Shown here one piece after another: positions 19,635 through 30,466 of a stretch of DNA of 64,000 bases. How positions within the stretch are numbered: the first letter of the stretch is position 1; every line of letters starts with the position of its first letter. A program made the position numbers and the translations under genes. The stretch lies in the sequence record NZ_CP110908.1; one strand, written 5' to 3'. Source of the DNA: a plasmid. The notes under the pieces were generated by a model. The model saw only the letters and a list, made by a program, of their open reading frames with translations. It did not search any database and was not told the DNA's origin.

Positions 19635-20893
19635 TCAAGATTGGTGTTATCGCCGATGACTTTACCGGCGCGACAGACATCGCCAGTTTTCTGGTGGAAA
19701 ACGGGTTATCTGCCGTGCAAATGAACGGGGTGCCAACGGGTGAACTGCCGGAAGACACCGACACGGTGGTTATCAGCCTGAAAACACGTTCCTGTCCAGT
19801 AACCGAAGCCATACAGCAATCGCTTAAGGCTCTTGAGTGGTTACAGCGGCATGGCTGTCGCCAGATCTACTTTAAATACTGCTCCACCTTTGACAGCACA
19901 GCACAGGGTAATATCGGACCGGTTACCGATGCCCTGATGGACGCACTCGAAACACCGTTTACCGTCTTCTCTCCCTCGCTGCCTGTGAATGGTCGCACAG
20001 TGTATCAGGGCTACCTGTTTGTAATGAGTCAGCTGCTGGCTGAATCCGGAATGCGCCACCACCCGGTAAATCCCATGACCGACAGCTATCTTCCCCGGCT
20101 GGCCGAAGCACAGTCAAAAGGGCGCTGTGGCGTGGTTCCGGTCAGCATTCTTGAACAGGGTGCTGACGCCATTCGTCAGGAACTGGCTCGCTTACAGCAG
20201 GCAGGCTGTCGCTATGCCGTTCTTGATGCCCTGACAGAACACCATCTGGAGATCCAGGGCGAAGCCCTGCGTGACGCCCCGCTGGTGACCGGCGGTTCCG
20301 GTCTGGCGATTGGCCTGGCACGACAATGGGCCATACCTGGTCATTCCTCTGTACACGAAACGGTCCGGCCATTCACCGGGCGCGGTGTTGTGCTCTCCGG
20401 CTCCTGCTCGCAGATGACGAACCTGCAGGTGGCTCATTATTGCCGGATAGCCCCATCCCGTGAAGTGGATATTTCCCGTTGTCTCTCCGCAGAAACACTG
20501 GCGCCATACGTTTGTGAACTGGCTGCATGGGTATTACATCAGGAAAGCGATCTTGCCCCACTGGTGTTTGCCACCGCCAGTACCACCGCTCTGGCTGCCA
20601 TCCAACAACAATATGGAGCCCGGAAAGCCAGCCAGGCGGTGGAAGCCCTGTTTTCTCAGCTGGCTGCCCAACTGGCTGCAGACGGTGTCACACGTTTTAT
20701 TGTCGCCGGTGGGGAAACCTCGGGCGTGGTCACGCAGAGCCTCTCAGTCACAGGTTTTCACATCGGCCCGACAATTTCCGCCGGTGTGCCCTGGGTCAAT
20801 GCCCTTGATAAACCGGTTTCACTCGCCCTTAAATCCGGGAATTTCGGGGATGAAGCCTTTTTTTCGCGTGCCCAGAGAGAGTTTCAGCCATGA
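19631..20893 (+). CDS. otnK: Four-carbon acid sugar kinase (DUF1537 family, YgbK/OtnK-like)
   Basis: 420 aa; MIKIGVIADDFTGATD N-terminus. Confidence 0.75.
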   Translation: MIKIGVIADDFTGATDIASFLVENGLSAVQMNGVPTGELPEDTDTVVISLKTRSCPVTEAIQQSLKALEWLQRHGCRQIYFKYCSTFDSTAQGNIGPVTDALMDALETPFTVFSPSLPVNGRTVYQGYLFVMSQLLAESGMRHHPVNPMTDSYLPRLAEAQSKGRCGVVPVSILEQGADAIRQELARLQQAGCRYAVLDALTEHHLEIQGEALRDAPLVTGGSGLAIGLARQWAIPGHSSVHETVRPFTGRGVVLSGSCSQMTNLQVAHYCRIAPSREVDISRCLSAETLAPYVCELAAWVLHQESDLAPLVFATASTTALAAIQQQYGARKASQAVEALFSQLAAQLAADGVTRFIVAGGETSGVVTQSLSVTGFHIGPTISAGVPWVNALDKPVSLALKSGNFGDEAFFSRAQREFQP

Positions 20894-21528
20894 ATGATGC
20901 CGCAAAAAAAGAACAATTCCTGCGGGAGGAAATGATTCGGATCGCCGGCTCTTTCTTTCAGCGCGGCTATGCCACAGGTTCGGCCGGCAATCTGTCCCTG
21001 CTTTTACCCGACGGCAACTTACTGGCAACGCCAACAGGGTCGAGTCTGGGTAATCTTGACCCACAACGGCTTTCCAAAGTGACGCCCGGGGGGGAATGGC
21101 TGAGTGGTGACAAACCGTCCAAAGAGGTGCGCTTCCATCTGGCGCTGTATCAAAACAATCCGGGTTGCAAAGCGGTGGTGCATTTGCACAGCACCTGGTC
21201 AACGGCACTTTCCTGCCTACAGGGGCTGAACAGCAGCAATGTCATCCGCCCTTTTACGCCTTATGTCGTCATGCGGATGGGAAATATCCCACTGATACCC
21301 TATTACCGTCCCGGAGATAAACGCATCGCTCAGGATCTGGCTAAACTGGCCGCCGATCATCAGGCTTTTTTACTGGCAAATCATGGACCGGTTGTCTGTG
21401 GGGAAAGTCTGCAGGAGGCCGCTAACAATATGGAAGAACTGGAGGAAACGGCAAAGTTGATCTTCATCCTCAATGACCGTCCGATCCGGTATCTGACCAC
21501 CGATGAAATTGCTGAGTTAAGGAGCTGA
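20890..21528 (+). CDS. otnC: Class II aldolase/adducin family (YgbL/OtnC-like decarboxylase)
   Basis: 212 aa. Confidence 0.75.
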   Translation: MNDAAKKEQFLREEMIRIAGSFFQRGYATGSAGNLSLLLPDGNLLATPTGSSLGNLDPQRLSKVTPGGEWLSGDKPSKEVRFHLALYQNNPGCKAVVHLHSTWSTALSCLQGLNSSNVIRPFTPYVVMRMGNIPLIPYYRPGDKRIAQDLAKLAADHQAFLLANHGPVVCGESLQEAANNMEELEETAKLIFILNDRPIRYLTTDEIAELRS

Positions 21529-21532
21529 TACC

Positions 21533-22309
21533 ATGCCACGTTTTGCCGCTAATTTGTCCATGATGTTCACTGAGATCCCCTTTATTGAACGTTTTGCTGC
21601 CGCGCGAAATGCAGGATTTAATGCTGTGGAGTTTCTGTTTCCTTATGATCACTCCCCGCATGAAATCCGGCAGCAACTGACACAAAACAATCTGACGCTT
21701 GTCCTGTTTAATACTGCAGCAGGAAATATCCATGCAGGAGAATGGGGATTATCCGCCCTGCCAGGGCGGGAGAAGGAGGCCCGTACGGATATCGATCGGG
21801 CACTGGAATATGCGCTGGCTCTCAATTGCGAGCAGGTCCACGTCATGGCAGGGGTCGTCCCCACCGGTGAAGATGCAGGCCTGTGTCGTGAGGTCTTTAT
21901 CGACAACCTTCGCTATGCTGCCGAACGCTTTGCACCACACGGTAAACGCGTCCTGATCGAAGCGCTCAGCCCTGGTGTGAAACCTGACTATCTTTTCTCC
22001 AGCCAGTATCAGGCACTGGCGATTGTTAAAGAGGTCTCGCGTCCGAACGTCTTTATCCAGCTGGATACTTTCCATGCTCAAAAAGTGGATGGCAATCTGA
22101 CCCGGTTAATCCGCGATTACGCCGGAAAATATGCCCACGTTCAAATTGCCGGACTTCCTGACCGGCATGAACCGGACGACGGAGAAATTAACTATTCATG
22201 GCTTTTCCGCCTGTTCGATGAGGTGGAATACCCGGGCTGGATTGGGTGTGAGTACACCCCCCGAACCCATACCGAAGCTGGGCTTGGCTGGTTTAACGCC
22301 TGGCGATAA
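21533..22309 (+). CDS. otnI: Hydroxypyruvate isomerase family (YgbM/OtnI-like)
   Basis: 258 aa xylose-isomerase-like TIM barrel. Confidence 0.75.
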   Translation: MPRFAANLSMMFTEIPFIERFAAARNAGFNAVEFLFPYDHSPHEIRQQLTQNNLTLVLFNTAAGNIHAGEWGLSALPGREKEARTDIDRALEYALALNCEQVHVMAGVVPTGEDAGLCREVFIDNLRYAAERFAPHGKRVLIEALSPGVKPDYLFSSQYQALAIVKEVSRPNVFIQLDTFHAQKVDGNLTRLIRDYAGKYAHVQIAGLPDRHEPDDGEINYSWLFRLFDEVEYPGWIGCEYTPRTHTEAGLGWFNAWR

Positions 22310-22397
22310 CGCTTAATTCATTATCACAACGACTCTACATTCCCCCCATCTCCGGATGGGGCAGGTTAACTATAACTTTCAGACAGGGTTTCTCATG

Positions 22398-23762
22398 TCC
22401 ACTATCACATTGTTATGCATTGCGTTAGCCGGCGTAATCATGCTGTTACTGCTGGTCATTAAGGCAAAAGTTCAGCCTTTCATTGCACTGTTGCTCGTCA
22501 GTCTGGTCGTTGCACTAGCCGCGGGGATCCCGGCGGGTGACGTCAGCAAAGTCATGATCGCCGGAATGGGAGGTGTTCTCGGCTCCGTCACGATTATTAT
22601 CGGCCTTGGCGCAATGTTAGGGCGGATGATAGAGCATTCTGGCGGTGCTGAATCTCTGGCCAACTATTTCAGCCAAAAACTGGGAAGTAAACGCACCATT
22701 GCTGCACTCACCCTGGCCGCATTTTTCCTGGGTATTCCCGTGTTCTTTGATGTCGGGTTTATTATTCTGGCACCGATTATTTACGGTTTTGCCAAAGTAG
22801 CCAGGCTGTCCCCACTTAAATTTGGTTTGCCGGTCGCCGGGATTATGCTGACCGTTCACGTGGCGGTACCTCCTCATCCAGGCCCGGTAGCCGCCGCAGG
22901 GTTACTCCATGCAGATATTGGCTGGCTGACCATTCTCGGTATCGCCATTTCCATTCCGGTCGGTATTGTCGGCTACATTGCAGCCAGAATGATCAATAAA
23001 CGTCAGTACGCGCTGTCCGTTGACGTGCTGGAACAGATGCAACTGACTCCCGCGGCCAGTTCCGGGGAAACCACGAAAATCAGTGACAAAATGAGCCCCC
23101 CAGGTGTGGCGCTGGTTACCGCTCTGATTGTCATTCCAATTGCCATTATTATGGCCGGAACCGTGTCTGCCACGTTAATGCCGGCATCGCATCCGCTGTT
23201 AGGCACGCTACAACTGCTTGGCTCCCCGATGGTGGCGCTGATGATTGCGCTGATACTGGCATTCTGGTTGCTGGCTTTACGTCGGGGCTGGGGTTTACAA
23301 CATACCAGCGACATTATGGGGTCGGCGCTACCCACTGCAGCAGTTGTCATCCTGGTGACGGGGGCGGGGGGCGTATTTGGTAAGGTTCTGGTGGAGTCCG
23401 GCGTGGGTAAGGCCCTTGCCAGTATGCTCCATATGATGGACCTGCCTCTGTTGCCTGCCGCCTTTATCATTTCACTGGCTCTCAGGGCATCACAGGGCTC
23501 AGCGACAGTGGCTATTCTTACTACCGGTGGGCTACTTTCTGAAGCTGTTGTGGGGCTAAATCCGATCCAGTGCGTGCTGGTTACACTGGCTGCCTGCTTT
23601 GGCGGACTTGGGGCATCACATATCAACGACTCTGGTTTCTGGATCGTGACCCGATACCTGGGATTAAGTGTGGCAGATGGACTGAAAACCTGGACCGTAT
23701 TAACCACGATCCTCGGCTTCACAGGCTTCCTGATTACCTGGGGCATATGGGCAGTGGTTTAG
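22398..23762 (+). CDS. ygbN: GntP-family permease (YgbN-like)
   Basis: ORF 22356-23762 trimmed to MSTITLLCIALAGV; multi-TM. Confidence 0.75.
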   Translation, partial: STITLLCIALAGVIMLLLLVIKAKVQPFIALLLVSLVVALAAGIPAGDVSKVMIAGMGGVLGSVTIIIGLGAMLGRMIEHSGGAESLANYFSQKLGSKRTIAALTLAAFFLGIPVFFDVGFIILAPIIYGFAKVARLSPLKFGLPVAGIMLTVHVAVPPHPGPVAAAGLLHADIGWLTILGIAISIPVGIVGYIAARMINKRQYALSVDVLEQMQLTPAASSGETTKISDKMSPPGVALVTALIVIPIAIIMAGTVSATLMPASHPLLGTLQLLGSPMVALMIALILAFWLLALRRGWGLQHTSDIMGSALPTAAVVILVTGAGGVFGKVLVESGVGKALASMLHMMDLPLLPAAFIISLALRASQGSATVAILTTGGLLSEAVVGLNPIQCVLVTLAACFGGLGASHINDSGFWIVTRYLGLSVADGLKTWTVLTTILGFTGFLITWGIWAVV

Positions 23763-23876
23763 CGTCAGTAAAAATCAGACACCAGTCAGAATTTTCACGC
23801 CCTGACCAGGAATGGTGAGGGGATGGGCATTCCGGTCACAGTCACCGCTGGTGAGCCACATCGCTTTACCTTTGCA

Positions 23877-23945
23877 ACCTGATGTCTGCTCAAAACTTGT
23901 TTTTGAGCAGACGACGGGTTGGGCAAGCCCGCCGGGCGCGTCAGG
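23877..23945 (+). other. Recombination-site-like module B (candidate rfsF-type site) downstream of resD
   Basis: Perfect IR TCTGCTCAAAACTTGTTTTTGAGCAGA followed by GGTTGGGCAAGCCCGCCGGGCGCGTCAG. Confidence 0.5.
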
Positions 23946-23960
23946 CCGTTATCAAAGGAC

Positions 23961-24752
23961 TCACACTGACCCTTTCAGCATGGCCACCGCATCCGTCTCC
24001 GGCATCTGAAACTGCACCCGGTGCCGCGCCGCCACGTCCAGTGCAAACACCTTCGTGTACACCTCTGTCGAACTGACTGACTTGTGGCCCATCAGGCTCT
24101 GCAGCACCTTCAGCGGGATACCGGCGTACAGCATATGCATGGCGTAGCTGTGACGGAACGTATGCGGTGTCACCGGCACGGAGAACATCACGCCGTCGAC
24201 CGCAGCGATTTCAACCGCTTCATTCAGCCAGGTCCGGACCGTCCGGTCGGTGATCTCCCAGATGCGGGCCTTCTCCGTTCTGCCGGTGCGTTTATTCTTC
24301 CGCTCAAGCGGGATCTTCAGCGTGGCAACCATCATCTCCAGCTGGCTGACATACTGCTGATCAGAAAGCGGTACCAGGCGATGCGCCTGACTGCCTGCAG
24401 GGGCACGGCCTGCCGTTCTGGCTGCTTTCTCCGTGCGCTGTTTCAGGGTGGCCAGTTGCACAAACGGATAAGGCGGCGCGAGCGAAAAATCCCCCCTTGT
24501 CAGGGCCAGGGCTTCGTTGATGCGTGCCCCGGTGTTCCACAACGTCGCCAGCAGCATTTTACGGTGCAGGTCCGGCACATAGTGGAGCAGGGCACTCACT
24601 TCCGGGGCCAGCAGGTATTTCGGCAGTTCATCCTGCACCAGCGCCATCTGACGCAGGACCAGCGCGGCCGGATAATCAATGGCCACCGGCAGATGAACGG
24701 GCTGAACCGGCGAATGCAATGCCGGTCGCTGTACCGGCAGGTTACTGTTCAT
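23961..24752 (-). CDS. resD: Tyrosine site-specific recombinase, F-plasmid ResD (D protein) type
   Basis: ORF 23961-24944 trimmed to MNSNLPVQRPALHSP; C-terminal HTFRHSYAMHMLYAGIPLKVLQSLMGHKSVSSTEVYTKV catalytic region; sits beside ccdAB as in F. Confidence 0.8.
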   Translation of the reverse strand: MNSNLPVQRPALHSPVQPVHLPVAIDYPAALVLRQMALVQDELPKYLLAPEVSALLHYVPDLHRKMLLATLWNTGARINEALALTRGDFSLAPPYPFVQLATLKQRTEKAARTAGRAPAGSQAHRLVPLSDQQYVSQLEMMVATLKIPLERKNKRTGRTEKARIWEITDRTVRTWLNEAVEIAAVDGVMFSVPVTPHTFRHSYAMHMLYAGIPLKVLQSLMGHKSVSSTEVYTKVFALDVAARHRVQFQMPETDAVAMLKGSV

Positions 24753-25057
24753 CCCGTTCTCCGTTGCCCTGCACCGGGCCATCAGTATCCGGAGCCATCC
24801 GCCAGACGGCCCCGCCGAACTCGGTTCCCCCGACCACCTGCGACCATTCGTCACTGCAGGCCAGGCTTTTCGCCACCACCGCAAAATCCACATGGCTGAG
24901 CGGGGTGTCGCCACGCTCGCCAGGCGTTTCCAGGACCAGACCATCCGGTACCACCGGGCCGGGCGTGCCGGCCAGTCTGGCAGAGCGGCGCCAGAAACTG
25001 CGGATACAGCCCCCCTGTCTCAGGACACTGAGCAGCACCTGTTCGCTGATCCGCATG

Positions 25058-25363
25058 TCAGATCCCCCGGAACATCAGGTTGATGGCGTTCTGGATGTCA
25101 TTCTCCAGGTGGCTGAGATCGGCCACTTCTTCCCCGATGACAGTGGCCGGCACACTGGCCATATCCGTGGTCATCAGACGATAAGGGTCACCTCCGACTG
25201 ACACCACCGGATAAAGCTCACGCGAGACTTTGTCGGACAGCAGGCGGGCGCTGACCAGCGGGATCACCATCCGGCGTCCCGGGGTGTCAATAATGTCACT
25301 CTGCACGTCGACGAACAGACGGTAGCGGCTTTCTCTTTTATAGGCGTAAACCTTAAACTGCAT
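25058..25363 (-). CDS. ccdB: CcdB toxin (gyrase poison)
   Basis: [35 protein letters not shown]...[10 protein letters not shown], 101 aa. Confidence 0.9.
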   Translation of the reverse strand: MQFKVYAYKRESRYRLFVDVQSDIIDTPGRRMVIPLVSARLLSDKVSRELYPVVSVGGDPYRLMTTDMASVPATVIGEEVADLSHLENDIQNAINLMFRGI

Positions 25364-25364
25364 A

Positions 25365-25583
25365 TCACCAGTCCCTGTTTTCGTCAGCAAACGATCCGTT
25401 AGCCTCGATAAAGCTGGCCACCTCAGCCATACCTTCCCGGTTTTCTTCCTGCCAGCGTTCGGCGCGCAGACGGCGGGCTTCGTTCTGCATGGTCGTACTG
25501 ACCAGACCGGAGATATTTACGTCGTATGCCTTGAGCAACTGATAGCTGTCGCTGTCCACTGTCACTGTAATACGCTGCTTCAC
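25365..25583 (-). CDS. ccdA: CcdA antitoxin (GTG start)
   Basis: [44 protein letters not shown]...; GTG at 25581-25583; 72 codons. Confidence 0.85.
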   Translation of the reverse strand: MKQRITVTVDSDSYQLLKAYDVNISGLVSTTMQNEARRLRAERWQEENREGMAEVASFIEANGSFADENRDW

Positions 25584-26299
25584 AATGCACCTCTTTTTTA
25601 CATACTTCAGGTATGCCATAAAGTATACATTCTGCTGAAGCAAAAATCTGCTCCGCTCTGTGAATACTGTAAACCGGCTTACAGTGACTGAGTTAACTGT
25701 ACACTGCTGTTATAGACATACCTCGCATATGCATTTTGATGCGCATCTTATTGATGCCGGATTTCGCCTCTTAAAACGCATACTGTTAGCCAGCCACTAG
25801 TAACCTAATCATATTTTACACATAGCAACTTTCACCAGATGCAATTACAACTCAACTTATAAAAACACCCCTGAATTACCGGATGGCAGTTTTCTGGTGA
25901 TCCGATTTCTGGAGTATTTAAGACTTTCCGGAAGTGTACCACGGGCAGGGAATAAGCAAAGCGGTCTTTTCCGGCCCTGTGCGACAGGTCAGGAAAAGAG
26001 AGAGTAACACAACATATAGTAGATAATCCGTCTTACGGAGTAGTGCATTTTGTGTTTCCGGGCCGAAGATCGCCGGAGTGGTACAGGAAGATCCGGGACT
26101 GCCTTTTTTCGGATCTGAGCGGGAAAAGTGAGAAACCAACATAGGTGTAACATATCCATATGCCGGGCATCTGCATAGGCAAAGCATACGCATATACCTA
26201 CCATCTGCATATGTAACACCTATACAAGCCGGGCTTGCAGGCATATACTTCACCTATGCGGGAATACTCCCTGGCACACTCAGCATATGAGGAAAAACC

Positions 26300-26530
26300 A
26301 TGCGCACAGTTTCGATATTTAAAAACGGCAATAACCGCGCCATCCGTCTGCCCCGGGACCTGGATTTTGATGGCGTCAGCGAGCTGGAGATCGTCCGGGA
26401 AGGGGACAGCATCATTCTGCGTCCCGTCCGGCCGACCTGGGGCTCGTTCGCGCAGCTGGACAGGGCCGATCCGGACTTTATGGCGGAGCGGGAAACTGTC
26501 TTCAGTGACCAGGGCCGGGGTGAGCAGTGA
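26300..26530 (+). CDS. vapB: VapB antitoxin (AbrB/SpoVT fold)
   Basis: 76 aa, MRTVSIFKNGNNRAIRLPRDL. Confidence 0.8.
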   Translation: MRTVSIFKNGNNRAIRLPRDLDFDGVSELEIVREGDSIILRPVRPTWGSFAQLDRADPDFMAERETVFSDQGRGEQ

Positions 26531-26937
26531 ACAGGACATATATGCTCGACACCCGTCTCTGCGCGTACATCATGCGCGAGCAGCCGGAAGCGGTACTGAC
26601 ACGCCTGGAGCAGGCGGTGCTGCGCGGCGACCGTATCGTGGTCTCTGCCGTCACCTGGGCCGAACTGTCACAGGCGGCACGGGCGTCCGGTCCCGCCACG
26701 CAGGCACTGGCCGACGCGTTCTGCGCCAGTCTCGATGCCGTGCTGGCCTGGGATCGCGCCGCGGTGGATGCCACCACCGTCATTAAGGCAGCACTGGCCG
26801 CAGACGGCACGCCGATCGGCCCGAATGACACGGCGATCGCTGGGCATGCCATCGCCGCCGGCGCCGTGCTGGTGACGAACAATGTGAGAGAGTTTGCGCG
26901 GGTCCCGGGCCTGGTGCTGGAAGACTGGGTTAAATAG
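26527..26937 (+). CDS. vapC: VapC PIN-domain toxin
   Basis: GTG overlaps the vapB stop (GTGA); ATG at 26542 is an alternative start; PIN residues (LDTRL..., TNNVREF). Confidence 0.8.
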   Translation: MNRTYMLDTRLCAYIMREQPEAVLTRLEQAVLRGDRIVVSAVTWAELSQAARASGPATQALADAFCASLDAVLAWDRAAVDATTVIKAALAADGTPIGPNDTAIAGHAIAAGAVLVTNNVREFARVPGLVLEDWVK

Positions 26938-27154
26938 TACGGCAGAAACACCGTATTAATGGAGGTCCGCTTTGTGCCAAAAGCAGACTTTAAGTTGTCC
27001 AAGAACAGCTCTCATATCTTGGCCTCTTTATGTCGACCACCACTTCAGTGCCTGCAGGATTTAAGGGGACAACGAGCCTGCATGTGGACACAGGTATATC
27101 GGTGAGTTAATGTCTTTAAGGGGTATCATTTGACTGTATCTTGAGGGACTTAGA

Positions 27155-28811
27155 GTGCGGGTTAAATCGATTAAGCTTACCAATTTCAAGAAATTCAAAG
27201 ATGAACATTTTGAATTCAACGATGACGTAAATATCTTTGTAGGTGATAACAACGCCGGTAAAAGTACTATTCTGGAAGCCCTGGAAATCGTACTGAATTA
27301 CAGCTATCGAGGCCGCCCCTTCAACAGCGAGTTTACGCCAGACATTTTTAATAAGGATGCAGTGCAGCTTTTTTTGGCTTCTGATAAATCGGCCTCTATT
27401 GCCTGTCTTGGCAATAGAGGCATTCATTGAGGGGGTGCCTGAATACCGGGGTACAAATAATTTCCTTAAAGCCGATGCTCAAGGGATCACGGTGCTGGTG
27501 CGCTTTGATGACACGCTCAAGGACGTTTACGCCGACCACTTACTGACAAACCCACACATTACGAGTATCCCGATCGAATTCTACAAGCTGGAATGGCTGG
27601 ATTTCGGATGGAATCCTGTTAAAGCCGTAGCGAAGAAATTCAGGGCGTTATACATCGACCCAACTCGTATCCACCCCACTCTGGGTAAGAATCAGTACAT
27701 CTCTACCATACTTAATACCGCTTTAAAGAAAGAGGAACTGGTTAAGCTGACCCTCAATTATCGTGAGAATCAGCAGGTTTTTAACAACTCAGGTGAGGTC
27801 AGGACAGTCAACACCGGTCTGGATACGGACCACTTGATCACAGAAAAAAAGCTGTCCATTGCCGCAAGCACTTTACCAGCGGGATCTATTCATACCAGCC
27901 TTCAACTTGAAGTAGATGATGTCCCTTTCCAGTTCATTGGCAAGGGTGAGCAGAGTAATGTGCAGATCAAGCTCGCGATTCAGAACAAGTCGAAGGATAT
28001 CGATTTGGTGATGATGGAGGAGCCCGAAAATCACCTTTCTCACACTAACCTCAATAAGCTGGTTCACTACATTGAAAATCAGCGGGGCGACAAACAACTC
28101 TTCCTTACCACTCACAGCTCGTATGTGCTCAACAAGCTGAGCATTGATAAAATCTGCCTGGTTCAGTCGGGATACAAACGTCTGCATAAGCTTGCCCCTG
28201 CAGTGGTCAAAACCTTAAAGCGCTTACCGGGCTATGACACATTGCGCGTGGCACTGTCGCACAAAGTCATCCTTGTCGAGGGACCGTCAGACGAGTTAGT
28301 ACTCAAGAAGATTTACCACCGCAAGCACAACCGCCTGCCCGAGCAGGATGGTATTGATATCATCGTCGTGCGCGGAGTCGGGTTTGATACGTTCATCTCT
28401 GTAGGTATGGAAATTGGTACCCGGATAAACGTCCTCAGAGATAACGATGGCGACTATGAAGAAAACGTCGTGAAAGCGCGTGCCGATTATGCGGCCTATC
28501 CCAATATCAAACTTATCTCCTCTGCCAAAAATGAGGAGTTTTCGCTTGAACTCGCGATGATATATGCCAATGCAACCGACTTGGTTACGCTGGACGCTTT
28601 CGCCAAAGTGGTGTTATCGACACAAACGTTTAACCTCTACGATAAAGTAGTCGACTTAGATAAGCGACGCGACTTTCTGATCGACTGGTTTCGAAGCGTC
28701 CAGGGAAACGGTAAGGGCGCTCGCAAGGTCGATTCAGCTATCAAGCTGTTTGATGGCACTCTGAATTTCAGGTATCCACCTTTCCTCGATGAGGTGTTCG
28801 ACTTTGCCTAA
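27155..28811 (+). pseudogene. gajA: OLD-family ATP-dependent endonuclease (GajA-like), frameshifted
   Basis: GTG start with GAGGGA SD; Walker A GDNNAGKST; ...EEPENHLS...LTTHSSYVL ATPase motifs; TOPRIM VILVEGPSDELV; reading frame changes within 27357-27430, where a T7 run sits at 27368-27374. Confidence 0.7.
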
Positions 28812-28964
28812 TGAATTCTGGATTGCCGGTGCAGGATCAGGAAAAACCCAAAAAGTCATTGAGGATGCCATTGAAGTCATAAAGGCGGGCGGACGCGTAT
28901 TGGTCGTCACCTACACCATGAACAACCAGGCAGAGCTCCGTTCTCGCTTTGTGGAATTGTACGG
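28789..28964 (+). pseudogene. gajB: UvrD-like helicase (GajB-like), N-terminal ~59 codons only, truncated by an IS903-like element
   Basis: FWIAGAGSGKTQKVIEDAI...RVLVVTYT Walker A region; the IS end begins at 28965. Confidence 0.65.
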
Positions 28965-30019
28965 GGCTTTGTTGAATAAATCGAACTTTTGCTGAGTTGA
29001 AGGATCAGATCACGCATCCTCCCGACAACACAGACCATTCCGTGGCAAAGCAAAAGTTCATAATCACCAACTGGTCCACCTACAACAAAGCTCTCATCAA
29101 CCGTGGCTCCCTCACTTTCTGGCTGGATGATGAGGCGATTCAGGCCTGGTATGAGTCGGCAACGCCTTCATCACGAGGAAGGCCCCAGCGCTATTCTGAT
29201 CTCGCCATCACCACCGTTCTGGTGATTAAACGCGTATTCCGGCTGACCCAGCGGGCTGCGCAGGGTTTTATTGATCCCATTTTTGCCCTGATGAACGTTC
29301 CGTTGCGCTGCCCGGATTACACCAGTGTCAGTAAGCGGGCAAAGTCGGTTAATGTCAGTTTCAAAACGTCCACCCGGGGTGAAATCGCACACCTGGTGAT
29401 TGATTCCACCGGGCTGAAGGTCTTTGGTGAAGGCGAATGGAAAGTCAGAAAGCACGGCAAAGAGCGCCGTCGTATCTGGCGAAAGTTGCATCTTGCTGTT
29501 GACAGCAACACACATGAAGTTGTCTGTGCAGACCTGTCGCTGAATAACGTCACGGACTCAGAAGCCTTCCCGGGCCTTATCCGGCAGACTCACAGAAAAA
29601 TCAGGGCAGCCGCGGCAGACGGGGCTTACGATACCCGGCTCTGTCACGATGAACTGCGCCGCAAAAAATCAGCGCGCTGATTCCTCCCCGAAAAGGAGCA
29701 GGTTACTGGCCCGGTGAGTACGCAGACCGCAACCGTGCCGTTGCTAATCAGCGGCTGAGCGGAAGCAATGCACGGTGGAAATGGACAACGGAATATAACC
29801 GTCGCTCGATAGCGGAAACGGCAATGTACAGAATGAAGCAGTTGTTGGGAGATTCACTGACGCTGCGTGACTACGATGGTCAGGTAGCGGAAGCTATGGC
29901 CATGGTGCGTGCGTTGAACAGGATGACAAAGGCTGGGATGCCAGAAAGCGTGCGTATTGCCTGAAAATCCAGCCAGCTACAGGGTCGTTCGCACGAAATC
30001 TTATTTATTCAACAAAGCC
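28965..30019 (+). mobile_element. IS903-like element (IS5 family), ~1055 bp, transposase frameshifted
   Basis: Ends GGCTTTGTTGAATAAATCG and its inverted copy; tnp ORF 28997-29680 continues in another frame to ~29964 (A6 run near 29662); no flanking 9-bp TSD. Confidence 0.8.
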
Positions 30020-30247
30020 CATCGGCACCCATCTGGTTTACCTGGTGGCGATCAAAAATATCATCCTGAGCCAAGAGGGACACGGCCTGATTTACTTTAA
30101 GCGCAGATTTCATCCGGTGTTAATTGAACAAGAAATAACCGTTTAATACCCCTTCGCCAGTCGAATTTCGGCTGGCGCTTATTTGTTTTCCACTCTCTGA
30201 AATTGAAACAATCACTATCAGAAACTAATGTCCAATATACGCTTTTG

Positions 30248-30256
30248 CCCCCCCCC
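30248..30256. repeat. Homopolymeric C9 tract upstream of kps region 1
   Basis: TTTTGCCCCCCCCCACCAGAG. Confidence 0.9.
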
Positions 30257-30466
30257 ACCAGAGTTAATAGTCTTTCGGACTTTTCCCCTTTTTCAGAGCT
30301 GATTTCTGAAATTTGAAATGACACAATCTGCAAATTAATGTAATCTTCGCCACACAAAAACACTTTCATGAATAATAAAAAACGATTTAGTTGTTTACTG
30401 AATAGTTTTTTATGGCAGCATCCTAAAGCAAATTGAACACTTTCTAACCGGAATCGTCATTTTCCG

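Noticed and set aside
23003-23746. 247-aa minus-strand ORF
   Set aside because: Antisense to the GntP permease gene; low-complexity Pro/Ser/Thr-rich translation; artefact.
24084-24899. 271-aa plus-strand ORF
   Set aside because: Antisense to resD in GC-rich DNA; His/Arg-rich low-complexity product.
30097-30369. 90-aa minus-strand ORF upstream of kps region 1
   Set aside because: Lies in an AT-rich promoter-like region with the C9 tract; no SD or homology; probably noncoding.
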